From Vicinamibacteria bacterium (GTDB lineage: Bacteria > Acidobacteriota > Vicinamibacteria > Marinacidobacterales > Marinacidobacteraceae): a stretch of DNA of 64,000 bases. The translations under genes and the position numbers were made by a program. Location of the stretch: assembly GCA_963668695.2 (NCBI GenBank), contig CAXXLQ010000004.1, positions 3,232,001 to 3,296,000 on the forward strand, written 5' to 3'. The first letter of the stretch is position 1; every line of letters begins with the position of its first letter. The notes beneath the pieces are model-generated. The model made no database searches and had not been told where the DNA came from. It was given only the letters and a program-made list of their open reading frames with translations. This document shows, piece by piece, positions 1-11,228 of this stretch.

Positions 1-2350
1 TGTCGGCTCCCGGAAACAGGGCGCGTAGGTACGGCCGAACGCGGCTGACGACCGGCGTTACGAAGCGTTCCTTCGCCGCGTTTTCCGCACTACGTAGCGT
101 GTCAACGAGCAGGGTGAGGATCTGCACCTCTTTTTCGAAGTTTGCGACAGTGGCCCTGTCCTGTTCCAGACTGCGTTCACGCTCGCCGATCTCTTCGTGA
201 ACCTGCACGGCGTGTCGTTCCTCGGCGCGCGCCTCGAGCCTCGCAATCTCCTGCCGCAGCCGATCCCGCTCACTCCGCCGCTCCGCACGGATTTTGGTCA
301 GGCGTTGGATCCTCGCTTCAAGGACGGCCACCGAGTCGCCGGTCACCGAACTCTCCAGGCGTTCGACCACACCCGCCCGCTCCTCGCATGCCCGCCGCGC
401 GCCGCGCACCGCTTCCTCGATATCGGCGTCGGTTCGCTTCGCCTCGGCCCCCGCGAGTTCCGCCTGACGCTGGCGCCACAGCCCGGCGGCAGCTTCCGCC
501 CGTTGCTTGGTGGCACCCAGCTCGGTCCGTCGCTCTTCGAGCGACTCCTGTGGACCCGCGAGCGCCGCGTTCGCCTCGGCCTGCTTTTGCCGGGCCTCTT
601 CGGCCGCTTGCCGCTTCTCGGCGACCAACCGCTCGGCCTCGGCGACCGACGGCGGCTCGACATCACCGGATCCAAGGACGCGCGCCGCCGCGCCGTCCGC
701 CTCGCGGACCTGTCGCGCCAGTTCCTCGAGTCCATCGGGGGCGCGGTCCGCAAGTTCGTGCTCGGCCCTTGCTACTTCGGCAAGCGCCGCTTCGCGCTGC
801 CAAAAGCGGGTTTCGGCCTCCGACATGTCCGCGACGCCGACGGCGTCGAGCGCCGCCGCCTGCGCTGTCAGCGCCTCCCGGCTCTGCTGATCGAGCGTTT
901 CGAGGTCTCGCACTGCCGGTTCTATGGTGATCCGACCCCAATCGGGAATCGTGAGGATCGTCGGCGCCAGGGCGCGAAACCGCGCGCCGCCATCTCCAAG
1001 CGGCGTGCCATCGCGGGTCACGCCAATCAGCCTCTCCGGTGACGCCTCAAGCGCGACGGTGGTCGCGGCGGCATTCCGGAGTGCCGCTACCGTTTCCACC
1101 CGCCGCGCCGCTTGGCGCAATCCTTCCAGCACCTCCGAAGTCAGCGGGATCGCCACAGCTTCGAGTTCCGCGCTGCGTCTCCGCTCAGCGGCTGCGGTGG
1201 CGCGCCGGTGTCTAGCTCGCAGAACAGCCCGGGCGTCTCCCCTTACCACTGCGTTGAGGACGCGACCGGCGCGGGACTCCGCAAGTGCCGCTTCGTCCGC
1301 CGCGGTCCGAGCGTTAGCCACCGCACCCCGCAGCCCCGAGACGTTGGCTTCCACGGCATCGACCGCCGATTGCGCGGCGGCGAGTTCACCTTCGGCGGTT
1401 TCCGAATCGCGCCGTGCCTCTGCCACCGCCGTCCGTAGCGCGGCACGCCGTTTGAGGTTGCTCTCCGCGTCGGCGAGGTCGCGGCCTCGCAATTCCGCTT
1501 CGGCCCTAGCAGCCTTGATGCGCTCTTCGAGCCTCGCGGCTTCGGTGTGCTCTCGTCGAGCGGCTTCCAACTGGGCTTCGAGCTGTTCTTCCTCCACGCC
1601 GTCCTTCGATTCAAGCGACGCCAACTCCGCCGAGCGCCGATCCAGTTCGTCGAGGATGGCAGAGACCTCGTCGCGCTGCCCACGCAGGTCGGCAAGCATC
1701 GCCTCGGTCGCGGTGACCCTCTCCACCGCTGTGGCGTACTCATTACGCAAACGTCGCTGCTGCGGGGAGATAAGCGCTGCGAGTTGTTCTTCGAGCGCCG
1801 ACACGACGTTCGCACCTCGGTTGCCGCCGAGAACATCGCCGACCTCGGCCTCGAGCGCCTGGTAGAGGCTTGCCCGCGCCTGTGCGGTGACCGCAACCGA
1901 GCCCGAAGAATCCCCCTGCCGCACCCAGAGAACGCTCCAGATCCCCCGCGTTTCCGGATTCGCGCCGTGCGGGCCCGACTGCTCGAACGAGAGCCGCTTG
2001 CGCAGTGCGTGTTCGGCTTCGCCGCCCTCCAACTGACGCCCGTCGGGACAGTGGAGTCGAGCGTAAGGCTTCTTCAGGAAACGCTTCTCAATGCGGTAAG
2101 GGCCGTCTTCGAGTTCGAAGTCGACATGGACAACCGGCGCCGCCCGGTTTCGGTCGTTTTGGAGCGCGCGGATCGGTTTCGCGGCGGAGCCGTGGCGCTC
2201 GAAGAACACCGCTCCGATGGCGTCGAGAAGCGTAGATTTGCCCATTTCGTTCGGGCCAATGAGGATGTTCAGCCCGTCGCCGATCCCGTCGAGACGCGTG
2301 GGCGCCGTGAACTTGCGGAACTGGTTAACGGCGACCGAGCGGAGTTTCAT
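1..2350 (-). CDS. SMC/SbcC-like (YhaN-type) AAA ATPase with long coiled coil; 3' end runs off the window
   Basis: ATG at 2350 overlaps the stop of the upstream nuclease (ATGA). Manual translation gives MKLRSVAVNQFRKF...GPNEMGKST (Walker A), then an Ala/Glu/Arg-rich coiled coil. The frame stays open to base 1, so it is absent from the ORF track. Confidence 0.85.
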   Translation of the reverse strand, partial: MKLRSVAVNQFRKFTAPTRLDGIGDGLNILIGPNEMGKSTLLDAIGAVFFERHGSAAKPIRALQNDRNRAAPVVHVDFELEDGPYRIEKRFLKKPYARLHCPDGRQLEGGEAEHALRKRLSFEQSGPHGANPETRGIWSVLWVRQGDSSGSVAVTAQARASLYQALEAEVGDVLGGNRGANVVSALEEQLAALISPQQRRLRNEYATAVERVTATEAMLADLRGQRDEVSAILDELDRRSAELASLESKDGVEEEQLEAQLEAARREHTEAARLEERIKAARAEAELRGRDLADAESNLKRRAALRTAVAEARRDSETAEGELAAAQSAVDAVEANVSGLRGAVANARTAADEAALAESRAGRVLNAVVRGDARAVLRARHRRATAAAERRRSAELEAVAIPLTSEVLEGLRQAARRVETVAALRNAAATTVALEASPERLIGVTRDGTPLGDGGARFRALAPTILTIPDWGRITIEPAVRDLETLDQQSREALTAQAAALDAVGVADMSEAETRFWQREAALAEVARAEHELADRAPDGLEELARQVREADGAAARVLGSGDVEPPSVAEAERLVAEKRQAAEEARQKQAEANAALAGPQESLEERRTELGATKQRAEAAAGLWRQRQAELAGAEAKRTDADIEEAVRGARRACEERAGVVERLESSVTGDSVAVLEARIQRLTKIRAERRSERDRLRQEIARLEARAEERHAVQVHEEIGERERSLEQDRATVANFEKEVQILTLLVDTLRSAENAAKERFVTPVVSRVRPYLRALFPGAD

Positions 2351-3486
2351 CGGTTGGCGGCCGTCAGTTTTTGGTGCTCGACATACAGCCGGCAAAGCGC
2401 CGCCTGCGCGAGCTTCCCCTCGGGAGTGTGGCCGTCTGTGGCCGCCCGCCGCCGAAGCTCGTCCGCGGCGCGGCGCACGAATCCGTCGGGGCCAATCCGG
2501 TCCAGATCGGCCTCCGTGGGCTCAGCATACAAGTGCTCCCGATGCACCCGGAGCACTGCGAACGCGGCCCCGACCGTTTCCACGATCCGCTGCTCGAAGT
2601 AGAGGAACTCCTCCAGCGATAGCGCACCTTCGACGCGGAGATCCACGAGGGTGTTTCCGAGCGGATCGTCGAGGCCGCGTAATCGGCGCTCGAGGTCGTC
2701 CACCGCCTCGCGCCCGTCGAGCTTCGCGGTGTGCTCCACCCAGCGGTATCGGCCCGTGTCGAGGGCACGAACCCGCGGCGGCGTCTCCCGTTCCGTTATT
2801 TCGACGAGCAGCGCCTGGCCACGCTCCCCGGCACCGAAGCGGTCTGTTTCCGGCGTGCCGCTGTACCAGCAGCGTTCGCCGACCGATCTCTGCCTGTGCC
2901 AGTCGCCGAGTGCGAGGTATACAAGCGCGGCTTTTTCCGGCCGGTCAGGCGCGATGAAGTTGGGTGTCGGAGTATCGTCGGAACCGAACCCGGCGACCGT
3001 GCCGTGCGCGAGCCCGATCCGCAGGGTGTCGCCCGGCGGGGCGTCGGACATCCAGGCGGTCGGATCCACGAGACTCCGCCGGTGGAGGAGCGGGGCGGGC
3101 AGCAGCGAGACGCCCTCCTCGATGAGCGTCGCCTGGGGGCCGCAGTGGACGCGGACATTGGGCGGCAATCCGCGCCGCACCAACTGATCCCAGAGGCCGT
3201 TCCGTCGGTGGGGGTCATGGTTTCCGGGAAGCAGATGCCACTGGACCGAACGGAAGGCCCGCATCCGCTCGATCGGCTCGTTGACCGACCGCCGTGAGAG
3301 CTCCGCGGAGTCGTACACATCCCCGGCCACGAGAACGTGTCCGGCGCCGTGTTCGCCGGCGAGTTCACCGAGACGGGTGACAGCATCGAGCCGCGCCGCC
3401 TGCAGCACGCCCATCCGCGCCTCGTCCACAAACCGGAAGACCTTGCCGATGTGCCAGTCGGAGGTATGAATGAAACGGAATGGCAT
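2347..3486 (-). CDS. SbcD/Mre11-family metallophosphoesterase (DNA repair exonuclease)
   Basis: Motifs HTSDWHIG, AGDVYD, PGNHD, LAHG, ALGDWH, YSGTPE; coupled to the SMC-like ATPase. Confidence 0.9.
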   Translation of the reverse strand: MPFRFIHTSDWHIGKVFRFVDEARMGVLQAARLDAVTRLGELAGEHGAGHVLVAGDVYDSAELSRRSVNEPIERMRAFRSVQWHLLPGNHDPHRRNGLWDQLVRRGLPPNVRVHCGPQATLIEEGVSLLPAPLLHRRSLVDPTAWMSDAPPGDTLRIGLAHGTVAGFGSDDTPTPNFIAPDRPEKAALVYLALGDWHRQRSVGERCWYSGTPETDRFGAGERGQALLVEITERETPPRVRALDTGRYRWVEHTAKLDGREAVDDLERRLRGLDDPLGNTLVDLRVEGALSLEEFLYFEQRIVETVGAAFAVLRVHREHLYAEPTEADLDRIGPDGFVRRAADELRRRAATDGHTPEGKLAQAALCRLYVEHQKLTAANR

Positions 3487-3849
3487 GGATCACCCCCGAC
3501 GCGGATCAACCAGGCGCCCGCGGCGGGAATCATCGCATCCGACAGGAGACCACCGACCTTCCCGAGGTTGCGGATCCCGGCGTTTTGGTCTCGGTGTGGA
3601 GGAGTATCGTCGTCGAGACGCTTTGAGTTGCACCACTCCGACGTCTCCCCGATGAAGCGGTTTCTGCACCGGCTCGGTCCTCCGGGTTCGAGCGCGCCCC
3701 GAGCCGCTCCGTACCGACACACACCGGTTAGCAGTCGCCGGCAATCCTGTCCGGCACACGCGTGAAGCTGAAGGCGTCAGCGCCCGTCCCCGCCCCGTCA
3801 TCGGGTCCGGCGCGCACGAGCGCCCCCGGAACCGGACCGCTCCGGACTC

Positions 3850-4033
3850 AGCAGCCTGTGGATAAAGTGACGTGTGCGCCGAGATCGGTGAGGCGCCCGG
3901 CTGACAAGGCGCGTGAGGGAGGAATACCGAGTGTATTTCGACCGAAACGCAACGCAGAGCGACGCGAAGCGGCGCGGTTCAGCCGGGATGCATCGCCGGT
4001 CGAACGCCGCGTGACTTTGTCCACAGGCTGCTA
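3850..4033. mobile_element. MITE-like element, copy 1 (no internal inserts)
   Basis: Terminal inverted repeats AGCAGCCTGTGGATAAAGT / ACTTTGTCCACAGGCTGCT; internal blocks (CCCGGCTGACAAGGCGCG, TTCGACCGAAACGCAACG, GGTTCAGCCGGGATG) shared with the copies at 32400 and 37079. Confidence 0.75.
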
Positions 4034-4657
4034 GGGCCGGGTGAGGGAGAGCGCGATGCGGTCGGCCACCCAGTCCGCAAGTTCGGCGCCTGCTCGCTCA
4101 CCGGGCTCCGGCATCCCGAGCGGGAACCGCTCGGCGAATACGTGGGGCGGGTCGGAGTCCCGCACCAGCAGGATGTCCAGGCGAATCTCCTCGCCGCCGG
4201 TTTCTGCCGATCGGGGGGGCGCCCACGAGGACCCCGGGCCGAGCGGGCTGCCGGGACCCGATTCGATGCTGCCGGCCAGGACGTAGTCGGCCCCGAGCCG
4301 GGCCGCGATTCCGACCAGGCCTTCCTCGCGCTCCTGGGGGCCGAACGCGGGACGCAGCCGGCGCGGCGAGAGCTCGAAGATGCCGGCCGCATCCTCATCG
4401 AGGCGCGTGCGGACCGCTTCCGTGAACTGCCGGGCTAACGAGGTGAACTCGCCCCGGCCGGTGCGGTTGTCGAAGTCCGGGATCAGCAGCACCGGACGGC
4501 TGACCGGGTCGGGCTTACGGATCACGGTGGGCTTACCGGCGACCGCGAGGAGGGTGAGGCCGCTCCCCAGCGCGAGGATTGCCGCCACCACAAAAAAGCC
4601 TCTCGGCAGACCGCTTCTCACCTTGCCCCCGAACGCTAGCGCGGCGATCATAAGCAC
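4031..4657 (-). CDS. Hypothetical membrane-anchored protein, TolB-N-like domain
   Basis: N-terminal hydrophobic helix; LLIPDFDNRTG and ARLGADYVLAGSI resemble TolB-N/FlgO-type domains; start uncertain. Confidence 0.55.
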   Translation of the reverse strand: MLMIAALAFGGKVRSGLPRGFFVVAAILALGSGLTLLAVAGKPTVIRKPDPVSRPVLLIPDFDNRTGRGEFTSLARQFTEAVRTRLDEDAAGIFELSPRRLRPAFGPQEREEGLVGIAARLGADYVLAGSIESGPGSPLGPGSSWAPPRSAETGGEEIRLDILLVRDSDPPHVFAERFPLGMPEPGERAGAELADWVADRIALSLTRP

Positions 4658-4665
4658 CGGAATCC

Positions 4666-5457
4666 ATGAACGCCGTCGCCCTCGTGAAGCAGGTTCCCGA
4701 CCGGAACTCGGCGTTTCGTCCGGCGGGTGACTGGATTGACGAATCCAGTCTCGGCTACGGCATCAACGACTACGACCGTTACGCCGTGGAAGCGATCCTG
4801 GCCCTGAAAGAGGCGGGGCACGCGGCGGAGACGATCGCGGTAACCGCGGGTCCGGCGGACGCGGGCCAGGTGCTGAGGAGTTGTCTCGCCATGGGAGTGG
4901 ACCGCGGTGTCCACCTGGTGACCGACCGCACCCACCTCGCGGACCCCTTCTTCGTGGCGCGGGCGCTCGCGGATGCGGTGGAGAAGCTGGAGCCCGCCGT
5001 CGTGACCGCCGGCCTTCTCGCCGAGGACAGCGGCCACGGACAGGTGGGCGGGCTGGTGGCCGGCCTGCTGGGGTACTCGTTCGCGTCCGCGGTAACCGAG
5101 ATGCACTTCCGGGACGGATCGCTCGAGGTGCACCGGGAACTCGAAGGCGGCCGGATCGCGGTCGTCGCACTGCGCCTGCCGGCGGTGGTGGCCGTCCAGA
5201 CCGGCATCAATACTCCGCGCTACGCGAGCCTGCGCGGAATCATGGCGTCGCGGCGCAAGCCGGTCGAGCGCACCGACCTCGCGGCGCCGGACGGCAGTAG
5301 CAGGGTCCGGGGCGGGCTCCGGCGGCTGACGCTCAAAAAGCCCGAACGCGGCGCCGGCGCCGAGATTCTCCAGGGTTCTCCCGCGGAGGTGGCGGCGGCG
5401 CTCGTTCCCCGGATCCGCGCCGGCGCCGGGATTTCCTTTCCCGGCGACGCCGTATGA
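4666..5457 (+). CDS. etfB: Electron transfer flavoprotein subunit beta
   Basis: ALVKQVPD, INDYDRYAVEA, LAMGVDRG, HRELEGG, INTPRYASLRGIM. Confidence 0.95.
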   Translation: MNAVALVKQVPDRNSAFRPAGDWIDESSLGYGINDYDRYAVEAILALKEAGHAAETIAVTAGPADAGQVLRSCLAMGVDRGVHLVTDRTHLADPFFVARALADAVEKLEPAVVTAGLLAEDSGHGQVGGLVAGLLGYSFASAVTEMHFRDGSLEVHRELEGGRIAVVALRLPAVVAVQTGINTPRYASLRGIMASRRKPVERTDLAAPDGSSRVRGGLRRLTLKKPERGAGAEILQGSPAEVAAALVPRIRAGAGISFPGDAV

Positions 5458-6437
5458 GCCGCCGGGTCCTGATTCTCGCGGAGCGGGGCGAAACCGGCAT
5501 CACGGACTCCAGCTACGAGCTGATCGAGGCCGCCTCCCGCCTGGCCGGCAGTTCGGAGGAGGTGAGCGCCGTCCTTCCGGTCGGTGACGCCAGCGACGCC
5601 GAAGCACTGACCGGCGCCTTTCCCGCGGGGGAACTGCTGCTCGTCGAGGGGCCGGCCCTCGCGGCCCCGACCGCGGATGGCTACGCCGCCGCCGTCCTGC
5701 ATGCCCGGGAGGCCAGCGGGGCGGAGTGCATCCTGCTGTCCCACAACCCGGTCGGCTGGGACGTCGCGCCGCTCGTCGCCGCGCAGCTCGGGACCGCGGC
5801 CGCCACCGCGGTGTCGGCGCTTTCCTGGCGCGAGGGCGGCCTGGTCGCGAAACGGTCGGCGTTCCTCGGCAAGTTCGTCCAGGAGGTGCTGGCGCCGGGC
5901 CTTCCCGCGGTGGCGACGGTCGAGCGCGGCGCCTTCCCGGCCCGGAAGGCGGGTCCGGCGTCCTCCGTCCGCATCCTCCCCTCCCCCGTCGGGCCGGACG
6001 ATCTGCGCTCGCGTCTCGTGGAAGTGCGGGACGCCGGCGGCGGCGGAGTGGATCTGACCGCGGCGGAGGTGGTGGTCGCCGCCGGACGGGGCCTCGGCGG
6101 CCCCGAAAACCTGGAAATCGTGCGGGAGCTGGCGGCCGCGCTCGGGGGCGTGGTCGGAGCTTCCCGGGCGGTGACCGACGCCGGCTGGCTGCCTCACGAG
6201 TTGCAGATCGGCTCGAGCGGCGCGACCGTGTCGCCGAAGCTCTACGTCGCTTGCGCGATCTCGGGCGCCATCCAGCATCTCGTCGGCATGCGCGGCTCCC
6301 GCTTCGTGGTGGCCATCAACAAGGATCCCGACGCTCCGATCTTCGGCGCGGCCGACCTGGGCATCGTCGGCGACGCCCTGGAAATCCTCCCGGCGCTCAC
6401 CGAGGCGATCCGCAACCCGGACCGGACCCGCGGCTAG
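5454..6437 (+). CDS. etfA: Electron transfer flavoprotein subunit alpha
   Basis: [48 protein letters not shown]; overlaps etfB stop. Confidence 0.95.
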   Translation: MSRRVLILAERGETGITDSSYELIEAASRLAGSSEEVSAVLPVGDASDAEALTGAFPAGELLLVEGPALAAPTADGYAAAVLHAREASGAECILLSHNPVGWDVAPLVAAQLGTAAATAVSALSWREGGLVAKRSAFLGKFVQEVLAPGLPAVATVERGAFPARKAGPASSVRILPSPVGPDDLRSRLVEVRDAGGGGVDLTAAEVVVAAGRGLGGPENLEIVRELAAALGGVVGASRAVTDAGWLPHELQIGSSGATVSPKLYVACAISGAIQHLVGMRGSRFVVAINKDPDAPIFGAADLGIVGDALEILPALTEAIRNPDRTRG

Positions 6438-6540
6438 CCAGGGTTTCTGCTGCGCCATACGGGGACTGGCGACGGGAGTTTCCTATTCCCTGCGGTGCCA
6501 TGCGGGGAACAACGATGGGAGTTTCGCGGCCTGCGGCCGC

Positions 6541-6610
6541 GATGCCGGTCTGAAGACCGGCGTTCCTGCCCGCCGGGGCGCGATGCCGGTCTGAAGACCG
6601 GCGCTCCTAC
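6541..6610. repeat. Two tandem GTAG-type REP palindromes
   Basis: GCCGGTC-TGAA-GACCGGC at 6544 and 6585; on the minus strand the second reads GTAGGAGCGCCGGTCTTCAGACCGGC. Related copies near 9340, 20505, 31950, 37026, 38870 and 42992. Confidence 0.75.
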
Positions 6611-6785
6611 GTCCCCGCCGGAGGGGCGCGGGAACCCGGTGAACTTCCGTCCGGCTCCGTTCGTTATACCGGACCGGTGAAGGGCGCCGGCGCCGCTCCC
6701 GCGCCTTCCGCCGCCGGGCCGCCCCAGGCATCGCCGGACACCACCGGACGCGGCCGAGCACCGCCGGACACGGCCTCTTCCGAAC

Positions 6786-9218
6786 ATGCGAAGCGCTCTC
6801 CGCTCCCTCCTGCAGAACCCCGGTTACGCGGCGCCCGCGTTCCTGGTGGTGGCACTCGGGGTCGGAGTGAACACGGCGGTCTTCACCGTGGTCCACGGGG
6901 CCCTGTTCGCGCCGCTGCCCTACCGCGCCCCGGACGAGCTGGTGCGGGTCGCGACCCAGTTCCCCAGCATGGGCTTCGACCGGTTCTGGATCTCCGCTCC
7001 GGAATACCTCGAATACCGGGAGTGGAGCGCGTCGTTCGCCGAGTCCGGCGTCTTCAACACCGGAACGTCCTCGATACAGGCCGGCGGGGCGCCGTTTCGC
7101 GGCCAGGTCGCTGCGGTCACCGCAAGCCTCTTCCCCACCCTGGGGATCTCCGCTTCCCACGGGCGGGTCTTCACCGGCGCCGAAGACCGACCCGGCACGG
7201 AGCCGGTCGTCCTCCTCTCGGACGGGGCCTGGCGGCGCTCCTTCGGCGCCGATCCCGAGATCCTCGGCGCGAGGATCACGGTGGACGGGATCCGGCGGAC
7301 GGTGGTGGGGGTATTGCCGCCCGGGGTGGATCTGCTCGACGGCCGGATCGAGTTCTGGACCCCGCTCGCCCTCGACCTCGCGAACCTCCCCGGCCGCGCC
7401 TCCCACAACTACACGATGGTCGCCCGGCTCGCGGACGGCGTCGCGCTCGACGCGGCCCGCGCCGAGTTGCCCGTGCTGCTCGAACGCTGGCGATCGGAGT
7501 CCCTGGACACCCACGCGCCCGATCCCGAGTTCCACCCGGTGGTCCTGTTCGACCTCCACGAGGACGTCGCCGGCGATCACCGCGATCGGTTGCTCGCGCT
7601 CTTCGCGCTCTCCGGGCTCCTGCTGCTCGCCGCCTGCGCCAACCTCGCGAACCTCATCCTGGGGCGCGCCGAGGCGCGGCGCGGGGACTTCGCACTGCGG
7701 ACCGCGCTCGGCGCCCGCCGCGCCGAGGCCGTGCGGCCGTTCGTCGCCGAAGGGCTGATCCTCGCCGGGCTCGGCGGCGCCGCGGGCGTCCTGCTGGCGC
7801 GGGCCGGGGTCGGGGCGCTGCTCGCCGCCTACTCGAGCGGGATCCCCCGGGTCGCCGAGATCGGGATCTCGGGCCCGGTGCTGGCCTTCGCCCTCGCCTC
7901 GATCGCGATCACCGGCGCGGTCTTCGGCCTGGCGCCCGCGACCCACCTCGCCACCGGCCGCCGGCAGGCGCAGCTGCTGCGGGAACTCTCTGCCGGCGGG
8001 GTGCGGACGACGCCGCGCCGCCGCCTCGCGCGGCAGGCGCTGGTCGCCGTCGAGGTCGGCCTGTCCGCGGTACTGCTGGTCGCCTGCCTGTTGCTCGTGC
8101 GCAGCCTCGCCGCCATCCGGCAGACCGACCCCGGATTCGCGCCGGAGAACCTCGCCACCTACCAGACCTTCCTCCCGGATACCGACTACCCGGAGGCTCT
8201 CGACCAGCTCGCCTTCCTGGAGCGGCTGCGCGCCCGGCTCGCCGCCGTGCCCGGTGTCACCTCGGTCACCTACATGAGCGGACTGCCGCCCCGGCGGAGG
8301 CTGAACGCCAACGATACGGATATCGAAGGAATGCCCGAAGGCGAAGGGTTCCCGACCCAGAACATGGATTACTGGCAGTTCGCCGGGCCCGGGTATTTCG
8401 AAACGATGGGGATTCCGCTGCTGGCGGGCCGGGGATTCACCCCGTCCGACGACGGTGGTGCGACCCCGGTGGCGGTCGTGAACCGGACGGCGGCGGAGTT
8501 GTTCTGGCCCGGCCAGGACCCGGTGGGACGCCGGCTGCGGCCGCCCGGGCCCGGCGTCCCCTGGTTCACGATCGTCGGGGTGGCCGAGGACGTGAAACAG
8601 GGCGGCCTCGAGGTGGAAACCGGCACCGAGGTCTATTTCCACTATCCCCAGACGGCGGCGGGGGTAGGTTTCGCACCGCGGACGGTGAACCTGGTCACCC
8701 GCGCGGCGCTTCCGCCCGAGGCCCTCGCGCCGGCGGTCCGGGAGGCCACCCACGCGCTCGACCCGGCACTCCCGGTGGACGGCTTCCGGAGCATGGAGGC
8801 GGTACTTTCCGATTCGGTCGCCGGGCCGCGGTTCCTCGCCCTGCTGCTCGTCGTCTTCGCGGGGCTCGCGGTCGCACTCGCCGCCGTGGGGGCGGGTAGC
8901 GTGGTCGCGGCGCTCGCCGCCGAGCGCACCTCCGAGCTGGGAGTGCGGATGGCGCTCGGCGCCACCCGGGGAGACGTGTTACGCCTGGTGCTCGGCCAGG
9001 GGATGCGGCTCGCCGCGCTCGGGCTCGCCGTCGGCGCGGCCGTCGCGTGGGCGGCGGGCCGGCTGCTCCAGAGCCTGCTCTTCGGGGTGAGCGCTACCGA
9101 CCCCGTGTCCTTTGCGGCGGCCTTCGGGATCGTCCTCGCGGCCGCGGCGCTCGCCTGCGTGCTCCCGGCCCGCCGCGCCGCCGGCCTCCAACCGACCGAG
9201 GCTCTGCGCCACGGATAG
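6786..9218 (+). CDS. ADOP-family duplicated ABC permease (MacB/FtsX-like)
   Basis: VALGVGVNTAVFTVV, LLAACANLANL, FALRTALGA, ELGVRMALGA, C-terminal PARRAAGLQPTEALR. Confidence 0.9.
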   Translation: MRSALRSLLQNPGYAAPAFLVVALGVGVNTAVFTVVHGALFAPLPYRAPDELVRVATQFPSMGFDRFWISAPEYLEYREWSASFAESGVFNTGTSSIQAGGAPFRGQVAAVTASLFPTLGISASHGRVFTGAEDRPGTEPVVLLSDGAWRRSFGADPEILGARITVDGIRRTVVGVLPPGVDLLDGRIEFWTPLALDLANLPGRASHNYTMVARLADGVALDAARAELPVLLERWRSESLDTHAPDPEFHPVVLFDLHEDVAGDHRDRLLALFALSGLLLLAACANLANLILGRAEARRGDFALRTALGARRAEAVRPFVAEGLILAGLGGAAGVLLARAGVGALLAAYSSGIPRVAEIGISGPVLAFALASIAITGAVFGLAPATHLATGRRQAQLLRELSAGGVRTTPRRRLARQALVAVEVGLSAVLLVACLLLVRSLAAIRQTDPGFAPENLATYQTFLPDTDYPEALDQLAFLERLRARLAAVPGVTSVTYMSGLPPRRRLNANDTDIEGMPEGEGFPTQNMDYWQFAGPGYFETMGIPLLAGRGFTPSDDGGATPVAVVNRTAAELFWPGQDPVGRRLRPPGPGVPWFTIVGVAEDVKQGGLEVETGTEVYFHYPQTAAGVGFAPRTVNLVTRAALPPEALAPAVREATHALDPALPVDGFRSMEAVLSDSVAGPRFLALLLVVFAGLAVALAAVGAGSVVAALAAERTSELGVRMALGATRGDVLRLVLGQGMRLAALGLAVGAAVAWAAGRLLQSLLFGVSATDPVSFAAAFGIVLAAAALACVLPARRAAGLQPTEALRHG

Positions 9219-9392
9219 CGGGCCGCCGCCGGGGCGAGCGCTGTCTATCCTCGCAGGGTGGTGCCGCGCCGTCCCTCCGTCCCACGTCGGGTCCAGGCAA
9301 TGGACGAGCGTGCCGACGGGAGTTTCGCGGCCGCTGGCCGCGATGCTGGCCAGTTCTCCCGGTGGGGGCGTGAACACCGGCGTTCCTGGGTG

Positions 9393-10781
9393 TCAGACCA
9401 TCGCTTCCGGGCGGACCCAGGCGTCGAACTGTTCGGCAGTGAGGAGGCCCAGGGCCAGCGCCGCTTCCTTGAGCGAAGTCCCGTCGTTGTACGCCTTCTT
9501 GGCAATCCGCGCCGCGTTGTCGTACCCGAGGTGCGGGTTCAGCGCGGTGACCAGCATGAGCGAACGCTCCAGGTTTTCGCGCAGGCGGTCCAGGTTCGGC
9601 TCGATGCCCACCACGCACCGCTCGCGGAAGGAGTCGCAGCCGCCCTCGATGAGCCGGGTGCTTTGCAGGAAATTGTGGGCGATCAGCGGCTTCATCACGT
9701 TCAGCTCGAAGTTGCCCCCTGCCCCGCCGATCCCGATCGCCACGTCGTTTCCGAGCACCTGCGCCGTCGCCATCAGCAGCGCTTCCGACTGGGTCGGGTT
9801 CACCTTGCCCGGCATGATCGAACTCCCCGGCTCGTTCGCCGGGATCCGGATCTCCCCGATTCCGGAACGGGGGCCGGAGGCCAACCAGCGGATGTCGTTC
9901 GCGATCTTGTGGAGCGACACCGCCACCGTCTTCAGCGCCCCGTGGGCAGCCACCAGCGCGTCCTTCGAGGCGAGCGCCTCGAACTTGTTGGGGGCGGTCA
10001 CGAACTCGCACCCGGTGAGCCGGGTGAGCCAGGTCGCAGCCCGCGCCCCCATCTCGGGATGGGCGTTCAGGCCGGTCCCCACCGCGGTGCCCCCGAGCGC
10101 CAACTGGCGGAGATGGGGGAGCGACGCCTCGATCCGCGCAGCGCCGTGGTCGAGCTGGGCGGCGTAGCCCGAAAACTCCTGCCCGAGGGTGAGCGGAGTG
10201 GCGTCCTGGAGGTGGGTGCGTCCGATCTTGACCACCGAGCGGAAGGCTTCCGCGCGTTCGGCGAGCGCCGCGCCGAGAGCCCGGACCGCGGGAAGCACCC
10301 GCTCCTCGAGGGCCAGGACCGCCGCCACGTGCATTGCGGTCGGGAACACGTCGTTCGACGACTGCCCCCGATTCACGTCGTCGTTCGGGTGGACGAGGCG
10401 GCTTTCGCCGCGCGGCCCGCCGAGGATTTCGCTGGCCCGGTTCGCAAGCACCTCGTTCAGGTTCATGTTGGACTGGGTGCCGCTGCCGGTCTGCCAGACG
10501 AGGAGCGGGAACTCGCTCTCGTGTTCTCCCGCGAGGACCTCGTCGGCGGCGGCCGCGATGGCGTCCGACTTCTCCTCGGTGAGCCGGCCGAGGTCCCGGT
10601 TGACGAGCGCCGCCGCCTTCTTGACGAGCGCGAGCGCCGAGACGATCTCCCGGGGCATCCGTTCGCCGGAGATGCGGAAGTTCCGCCGGGAGCGCTCGGT
10701 CTGCGCCCCGTAGAGCCGCTCCGCGGGAACGGCCACCTCGCCGAGGGTGTCCCTCTCGATTCTGGTCTCTGACTGCGTCAA
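9393..10781 (-). CDS. fumC: Fumarate hydratase class II
   Basis: [46 protein letters not shown]; start set at TTG 10781 behind a GGAGGA RBS (462 aa). Confidence 0.95.
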   Translation of the reverse strand: MTQSETRIERDTLGEVAVPAERLYGAQTERSRRNFRISGERMPREIVSALALVKKAAALVNRDLGRLTEEKSDAIAAAADEVLAGEHESEFPLLVWQTGSGTQSNMNLNEVLANRASEILGGPRGESRLVHPNDDVNRGQSSNDVFPTAMHVAAVLALEERVLPAVRALGAALAERAEAFRSVVKIGRTHLQDATPLTLGQEFSGYAAQLDHGAARIEASLPHLRQLALGGTAVGTGLNAHPEMGARAATWLTRLTGCEFVTAPNKFEALASKDALVAAHGALKTVAVSLHKIANDIRWLASGPRSGIGEIRIPANEPGSSIMPGKVNPTQSEALLMATAQVLGNDVAIGIGGAGGNFELNVMKPLIAHNFLQSTRLIEGGCDSFRERCVVGIEPNLDRLRENLERSLMLVTALNPHLGYDNAARIAKKAYNDGTSLKEAALALGLLTAEQFDAWVRPEAMV

Positions 10782-10881
10782 CGGATCCTCCCGCGCGGCA
10801 CGGTCGCTGCCGCCGGAATCGTACCGTGCCGGAGGCGCGGCAGCGGCGCACCGCCTCGCGGTTCCCGGCCTCGGAACCGGG

Positions 10882-10902
10882 TGCTGGCACACGGTGCTAG
10901 CA
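10882..10902. promoter_or_regulatory. Putative antitoxin operator (TGCTGGCA...TGCTAGCA)
   Basis: Two palindromic or near-palindromic octamers just upstream of the FitA-like gene. Confidence 0.4.
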
Positions 10903-10935
10903 TCGTTGATCCATCACCAACCCAGGGAGGCGCCC

Positions 10936-11226
10936 ATGAGTTACGCCATCACGGTCCGCGGTCTCGACGAGCGCGAGAAGTCCTGGCTGCAGGCGGAAGC
11001 CAGAGAAGCCGGGATTTCGATGGAGGAGTTCGTCCGGCGCATGATCCGCGCGGAGCGGGAACGGCGAATCGGTAGCGAGAGCGTGTCCGACATCGTTCTT
11101 CGATACTTCGGACCGGAACACGGAGTGGAGTTGCCGCCGCGCGGTCAGTATGGCTATCGGCCCCTTGAATTTCCCGAAGACGAATTTCCCGCGGACGAAC
11201 TCCCCGCGGACGAAGGGACACCCTGA
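10936..11226 (+). CDS. FitA/VapB-like ribbon-helix-helix antitoxin
   Basis: GGAGG RBS; ITVRGLDE...A...GISMEEFVRRMI; directly upstream of a PIN toxin. Confidence 0.8.
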   Translation: MSYAITVRGLDEREKSWLQAEAREAGISMEEFVRRMIRAERERRIGSESVSDIVLRYFGPEHGVELPPRGQYGYRPLEFPEDEFPADELPADEGTP

Positions 11227-11228
11227 GA

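Noticed and set aside
1-3486. Nuclease plus SMC ATPase as a Wadjet/Lamassu-type defence system
   Set aside because: Two-gene SbcD/SbcC-like layout fits ordinary DNA repair; no accessory subunits visible and the locus is truncated
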